Below, piece by piece: positions 56,011-64,000 of a stretch of DNA of 64,000 nt (the first letter of the stretch is position 1; each line of letters opens with the position of its first letter). The notes beneath the pieces were generated by a model that saw nothing but the letters and a program-made list of their open reading frames with translations, was not told the DNA's origin and did no database searches. This stretch comes from the human T2T-CHM13v2.0 reference genome, Homo sapiens, in assembly GCF_009914755.1 (NCBI RefSeq), contig NC_060939.1; one strand, written 5' to 3'. The translations under genes were made by a program, and so were the position numbers.

Positions 56011-57854
56011 ATTTTCTCTATTACCCTTTTCATTGCCATTCCCCTATTATACAGTTGTCTGTTTAGGATTGGCTCTCCTGACTACGTTGTGAGATCTTTA
56101 AGCCGGGAGACCGTCTCTTATCTTTGCTCGGCACAATATCTGACACACTGTGGGCCTATTCATAAAGAATGAATGGTTAAGATTAGGTACTCAGTAACCT
56201 TTTCCCCAAATTGTATTAGACCTGACATATAAAATCAGTGTGCGAGATGTTGTTTAGAATAAGTAGTTTTGAGAGGTCAAACAACAATGACACTGGTAGT
56301 AATAACAGCACATTTTGGATAAGGCTGTTTGGATAACAAAACTCGAATGATGGAAATAGTAGTTAGAAATCACTCAAAGTGAGACTCAAGGGAGCTGACC
56401 CTCCCTCTGGATGTCAAAATCTATCACTGACTTAGCAGTGGGGTCCCTAGAGTGTTTCTCAGAATAGTGCTTCCCACACATGTCAAGAGGGCCTAATGGC
56501 TGCTTCTTTCACAAGGGTGGTGGGGAGACATGTGAGGTCAAGTGTCCCACAGCCCATAGAGAAGCAGCTCTCCAGGGAGAGTGGAAGACTCTCCAGGGCC
56601 CTGCTTAGCGCAGCCTGAGAGGCTACAGGCCAACAGTGAAGGTGTTGAAAGACACTGAGATCGAATTCCCTGGGGGAAAAACGCTGCCCTGAGATTTAAG
56701 GAGAAAGAGGAAACAAGCCAAAAGGGTATGCTCAGAAACTGATGGAAAGGGCTAATGTCATCAGATCAAACCAAAGGAAATTAAAGGAAGATTTAGTGAA
56801 AAGAGGGCAAAAACAGAATCAAAGGACCCCAGGGAAGCGCAGACCAATTTAATGAGAAACCAGGAAAGTAGTGAGAACAACAAGGGAGTCTCTCTTCATC
56901 TATGTTTAATCCAGACTTCTTGCCATTTAATGCTAATGCTTTGCTCCATTCTTAAGTCATACCCACCTAGGAGTTTGCTTTGGAGTTTGTATGTAGGAAC
57001 GAAGAGAGACCCACCTTCTATTAGAACACTACATGATCTCACACTATCATTACAATATTCCAGGCGGCTTCCAGATAGCATCTTAGCTGTGGAAATGCTA
57101 TTCTCTTATGTCCTTCCCAGTTTTCCTAGCGCTGGCTCTTTCCAAAGCTACTCATTCTTATCTCCTTCAACTACTTTCTAAATAAACAAGCTGAGAAAAC
57201 ACACACAACTGATGTTTGCCTACAACTGATGCATTCATCTTGTTCTGAAACTAAGTAGAACTACAGGAGAATCAGAGGAGGGGATTCAGGGATGGCATGT
57301 CCTCAGGCCTGTTGCCACGTCTCCATTAGGCTCTGAATATGCGTTTATTTTTATAGCTCCCTTTCATGAACAGGTTGTGTGAGACAGAAGTCTTATTTCC
57401 AAGGTTCACTTTACTGAGTGGCCTCCAGTCACTCTTTCCAAGAAGAAAGATGGAAAATTATGGTCCAAGCAGCTTTACCGTCCATCTAGGAACCAAGGAG
57501 AATGCTGGACCTCAGCCACTCACCAGCTTAAACTGTCATTTATGAGCAACAAAATGATTGTCTTTGGGTCTCGGCAGCATTATCTTGAGCAGAGTTTGTG
57601 GCGGTAAGGCCCAGCTAATCACATTTGTCTAATTTTACATTCCCATCACTTTCACAAATGGATTATTACCTACTATTCACTTAAATAAAACAAAGAATGA
57701 TCAAGGAATCTTGTCGTTCTAGATGAAAATCATAACATATAAGAAAATAGCATTAGTTTTCATGTTTGTACCACTTTCTAACAAAAGAGTTATAATCATT
57801 TCACATTATTGTCTTGTTCATCTTTTTAACGACCCAATGAAGAAAGGACATACA

Positions 57855-58607
<753 letters not shown>

Positions 58608-61369
58608 TTAAAAATTAGGATGCAGAATGGTAAGCCCAATATGGTTCATCCTTTCTGTAGTGCAGAATGTCAGAATTTCTTCTTAATTTGGTAAATTTTG
58701 ATTACTCCAAGTCGTACAAAGGGAAATTCCATTTTCCAAATTAATGGAGCTAATTGAAATGTGATTTTGTAATTCTTTATCATTTAGCATGTTTTTTTTT
58801 TTTCTCACTGGGTTTTTGTAACAGTGAATAGACTCTAGCTTGGCTGTAAGAGCTAACAATTTGGATAATAGTACTGCTTTGCATCTACTGCACTCTGCAG
58901 AGGATGATTCAAAAAAGAGGCTACTCATCTCCCCTGAGGATGAAAGATAAACATTTGCGGTTAAAATATTGTCACGACTCAGACAGAAGAAGGGATTTAG
59001 CCCTACCACTTGGCTCATGTTCCCTCTTAACCAAATCATATTTTTTTAGTAACCTAATAAAATTACTGGGAATAGAAAGCATACATTCCGACTACTAGAA
59101 ATATTGATACAACAAAGGAACACGTTAGTAGTTTCAACGTCTTTTACTTAAGGATTTCAGAATTCCTCCCAGTGAACAGGGAGATAGGTAGGTAAAATAT
59201 AATATTTCCTGGTAGATGACCTAAGGCAAAACTCTTTATCTGCTGGCACCTATGTATATTTGCTACACATCGAATGTTTTGTCATCCCCTAGAGGAAAGA
59301 CACTGGTGGATGGCAAGAATGTCAGTATTTGTTTACTTGGAGCAAGAGGCAGGTCATTTGGTCACAGACTCAAAATGCAATGTGCAAGAACTCAGAAACT
59401 GGATAGCAAAACTCCAGCCCAAATGAAGCAAAATTTCCTTCTCTGCTTTCTCAAGGTCTACTCTAGTTAATATTGATGTAACTAGACAAATACCCAATAA
59501 CAAAAATTTGCCATGCAATATATAATCTAAGATGGCACAACAGTTTATGAGACCAAGCTATTATTCCTACTAAGTTAAAAACATGCGCTCCGGCGAAAGT
59601 TCTGTCAACCTTACAGCTCTTTAAATGCATGCATCCAGGAGGACTAGACAAGCCATCTTCTGCTTCCAGCTGCTAGTGTTTCTAGCTGGTGAATAACACA
59701 GGCCCCCAGGAGAGGGGGGTGAAAGATAGTTTTCAAAGATTGGAAAATTTCCTCCAACTTACATTAAAATTAATATTAAGGGCTCTATATGTGGCTGCTG
59801 GAGTAGAATGGTGGGAATCTAATCAAGAGCCCGTGCCTTCCTTTGAGGCCAGTTTCCTAAAATTGGTTCTCTGTGCCTATATTGCATGAGCTGAAAGCAT
59901 ATGGATGCAATCACATTCCAAGATACCTTATTTGGTGTTGGTATGGACTGGGCATATTGTCTCAGCTTACAAAAGCAATAAGGATTCTCTGACTCCTGCC
60001 AATCCATGTAAATCACTCTTTTACCTGTTTAAAGGGTAAGATTCGTGAGTGAGGAAAATAGTTACAACTATTTTGTTACCAGCATATATAACCATGTTCT
60101 ATATCTAGATAGAACTCTTCAAGTTGTGAGACCTCAGTAGTGGGAAGGGAGACAAGATTTAGACAAATACCCACACAGAAATGAGGGGGGACACATTTCT
60201 CCCACGTGGCAGAGTTAGGAGGTACTGAATCCAAATTTTGTCCTTATGTAGAGACCTTATGCTGGTTGAGAAAGCAAAATAACTAAATAAGGATTACTTA
60301 TATCTGCAACTCATTTTAATGTCTTCTTTATTTTTAAAAGCAAATGGACTAGTGAAGGGAAATTCACTTCTCTGAATACAGGATCATCCCACATTCAGGC
60401 TATCCAAAATTTGGGGGATCTGGAAGGCCAAAGACCAAAAATAAAGTAAAAAAAAAAAAGTAAATGAAGTTATTGGATATGAAATAACAAATGACAGGAG
60501 ATTAAAATCTTCTAATTCTTGTGTCTGGCCATATAACTGAGTGCCACTGACCATTAGATAAAGACAGATTTTTAAAAATAATCACCCCTATTGTAAGGGA
60601 TAGTCACTCCTGACTCATTGTCTTCTCTTCTTCATTAGTTTGATTGTTTTTCCCTCCAGATCACATTTTTGGAGTTGTTCTTTTGGTGAGATAGTGGTTG
60701 AAATAGTTTAATTTTCCTTTTTGAGTCCTGTTTTCACCTCTAGATGAATTTGCTTTTATGAAGGAATTCCATTCCATTTATGATCTAAATGAGGAGGAAC
60801 TCCTTTAAATTCTTTCCTTTTTTGGACAGCTTCAACCTGTATTTCACTGAGTACCACTGCATGGTAAGTAAAGAGGATACTATAAATAAAGTGTGAAATA
60901 GACATCTTCCCTCTCGTATCAGCTAAGTAATTTCTCAAATATTTAAAAATTGAAAGAAGTGCCACAGAGGTAACAGAAAGAGGGGCAGTTATATTATTGA
61001 GTAGAAACCTAATTTTCCCAGGAGTATATGTAAGAAAAGCCCTCCCTGTCCGAGGAGACGTCATCATGTGAACTCACATATGAAGAAAGGTGGAAATCAA
61101 TTAGGGGTAGGAGCAGCGAGGGCCCTGGGGAGTGTTCAAGTAGTGCAAATGACATCTAAAGACGGGATGAAATGTAACCTTTCAGATCGGGAGGGCAGGA
61201 TCCAAGCCACCAAAAAGTCTAGTGGTTTGTATCCTCCCAACACCCCCCACCACTATAATCTCCCGCCACTTACTCAACCACTCTAGTCCAAGGCACCAAA
61301 CCCCCATGCTGGATTCTTAACCTGTCCTGATTGAGGTCCTCCTTTAAGTCACATAGATCCAGCCCATCT

Positions 61370-61505
61370 GAGTTCAATTTCCTCCTTTGTAAAATGGAGA
61401 TAATAATAGTGCTTTCCTCAAGGGTTTTTTTATTCAATGAGAAATGAGATATTACTTAGTATCAAACTTGGCTGAGAGTATTAAATAAATGTTAGCTAAT
61501 ATTAT
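61370..61505 (+). mobile_element. MIR 3' part
   Basis: caatttcctcctttgtaaaatggagataataatagt...aataaatgttagcta. Confidence 0.7.
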
Positions 61506-61511
61506 TTTTAC

Positions 61512-61658
61512 TTTTTTTTTTTGAGACAGGGTTTCGCTGTGTCAACCAGGCTGGAGTGCAGTGGTATGATCTCGGCTACTGCAACCTCCACCTCCTGGAT
61601 TCAAGTGATTCTCCTGCTTCAGCCTCCCGAGTAGCTGGGAATACAGGCACCTGGCTAA
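61512..61658 (-). mobile_element. Alu right-arm fragment
   Basis: tttttgagacagggtttcgctgtgtc...gtagctgggaatacaggcacctggctaat. Confidence 0.85.
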
Positions 61659-62783
61659 TACCGTTGCTAATAATATAACGCACATATCATGGAAGCTTGG
61701 GAAGTTTTTATAAAACAGGTGGGGCTTGATGGCAGTTTTGAAGGGTATTTGCTGCTTGCCTAGAACACGGGAAGTGGAGCTGGCAGTCCAAGCTCAAGGA
61801 GCCCCAGGAGCCAGGGCTTTGCAGAGGCTGCAGGGGAGGAAAGTGTGTGTGGGGTGGGGAGGTTGGTATTGCATAGGTCCAGGGAGGCAATCATGAGACT
61901 CCCTAGACCACAGGAAAAATCTTTTGTGGGAATAGTAAGCTTGGACAAGTAGACTAGAGACTATGAAGATAATCTCTCAGAGACTGACACAAATAATCCA
62001 CTCATGCAAATAATCTCAAAGAATGCAGCCTTTTTTTTTTTTTTTCTAACTTCTGATTCTTAAGGATGAAGAATGTGGGTGGGGATGCCTGTTCCCGGTG
62101 TCAGTAAGTAAAATCTTCTGGTGGGGAAGTATTTTGAATATTTGCAAAGAAAGTTCAATGCTCTCCAAAGTGGAGGTAGAAACTGGCACCAGGGATTTCT
62201 GTGTACCTGCCTAGAAATACAGGGCTTTAATCTACAGCCAATGTGAACTTTTGTAACTCTTTAAAACATCATCATTTCTGAGGGACTTCAGACTCTGTTC
62301 TGTAGGTCAGCACCAGACCAACAATATAGAGTTCCTGTGATCACTTATGATTTGAAACATAAACTCAGGCTTTGAATGTTTTAAAAACACCCGTATAACT
62401 ATGGGTTGTTTAAAAATAGCTATACCCCAAAGAGTTTATTTCCAACATCTGACATGAATGCATTTTGCAGCGATTTGTTATGCAAATAATGGTAGCAGGG
62501 AAGACATATGAAAAAACATTGACCCTTCTCAAAGCCCGATGGATTTAATGCTTTTGTTAATTCTGAATTCCAAGTCTAGGGGTTGTCTGTTTGTGGTGTA
62601 TAAAATAAAATACTATATGCCTGCCTCAACTTTCCTTCTGATGAAGCTGTAATTTGCAAAGGAGCTATTGTTCCTCTATGGCTTCCCTAATTTTTCTTCA
62701 CAGACAACTGTGCTTCAGTGTGGAGAGGGGTTTCAGTGTATTGGCTGTTGAGATGATGCTGTGAGTATTTTCAAGGCAGAGGG

Positions 62784-63150
<367 letters not shown>

Positions 63151-64000
63151 TTATGACCCCGGGTTACCTAAATATGTTGCCTTCTAATGTTGTTTTGTGA
63201 GAGGTAGGAAGTAGGGTAGACATCATCAGTCTTAGATTTGTCAATGGGAGAAAACCAAGGGACAGACTTTTTTGCCGCCATTTTGTCCTTCTAAAGTGTT
63301 AGCTCCTTTTTCCCACTTTACAACTCCTCCTTTCTCCCCTCCTCCTCTGCTCTGCTCTTCTCCACCGCCACCACTCCCAGCAGCTGTTTATTAAATGCCC
63401 ACTGCATGCTAGCTTTCTAATTTCTTCTTGTCTCTAATGGTCATATTTTAGGATGTCATTCCTCTACTGACAGCTACCACTTCTAGAGTAATCCTAACCT
63501 GTAATTCTTTTCTTAGAGGATAAGTAGAAAATACGTAATGGGAGGTGGGGGGAAATGGTTTTGATCTTCAATTAGTGTAACTGATAGGGAGGAAAGGGCT
63601 TGGGTTAAGGGAATGTCTTATGAAGCAGCAGCTGTTTTATAAGGGACTCATCTGGAGAAGTGGGGTGTATCCTCTACTGATAAGGGAGAAGACCCACAGA
63701 AAGCCAACTAGCATCAAAACAGCCCCAGCATCCAAGCACAGAGGAAGTGAGCCTTCTGACCCCCATGATCTAATAAGCCCCAATATTAGTCCATACAGGA
63801 GATGAGCAACATCCCAGGGTGAGTGAGTCAGTCACTCAAGTCCCCGGCCCAAAAGTGTAATGGACTTTGTTTTATGGTTTAATGGACATTTAGCTGAGTT
63901 AAAAGGGTTAACAAGTCTGAACACTTCTCTGAAACCTGATGAGATATCCAAGCATCTTTTTTCTGAAGGTCTCCATTGAAAATACCACTTATGAGTAACT

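Overview
This is primate, very likely human, genomic DNA containing the 3' end of FMN1 (formin-1) on the minus strand. I reconstructed four coding exons by hand, all with canonical GT-AG boundaries: 34565-34616, 29088-29237, 7383-7467 and 4869-4913. They splice in frame to ...[110 protein letters not shown], which is the end of the FH2 domain plus the Spire-binding tail. A long 3'UTR runs off the left edge. The rest is intron, filled with Alu, L1, L2, MIR, LTR (MER41A, MLT1) and Tigger-family repeats. Between these lie repeat-free islands that retain CpGs and are dense in HOX, TCF, SMAD and MEIS-type motifs. In mouse, these last Fmn1 introns hold the long-range limb enhancer landscape of the neighbouring gene Grem1. 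The most interesting hidden system here is therefore regulatory: an enhancer cluster for another gene embedded in FMN1, with one module surrounding a coding exon. This is established in mouse; my mapping of individual islands to it is inference. Nearly all ORFs in the supplied track are spurious. Repeat subfamily calls are from memory of consensus sequences, and boundaries of old repeats are approximate.
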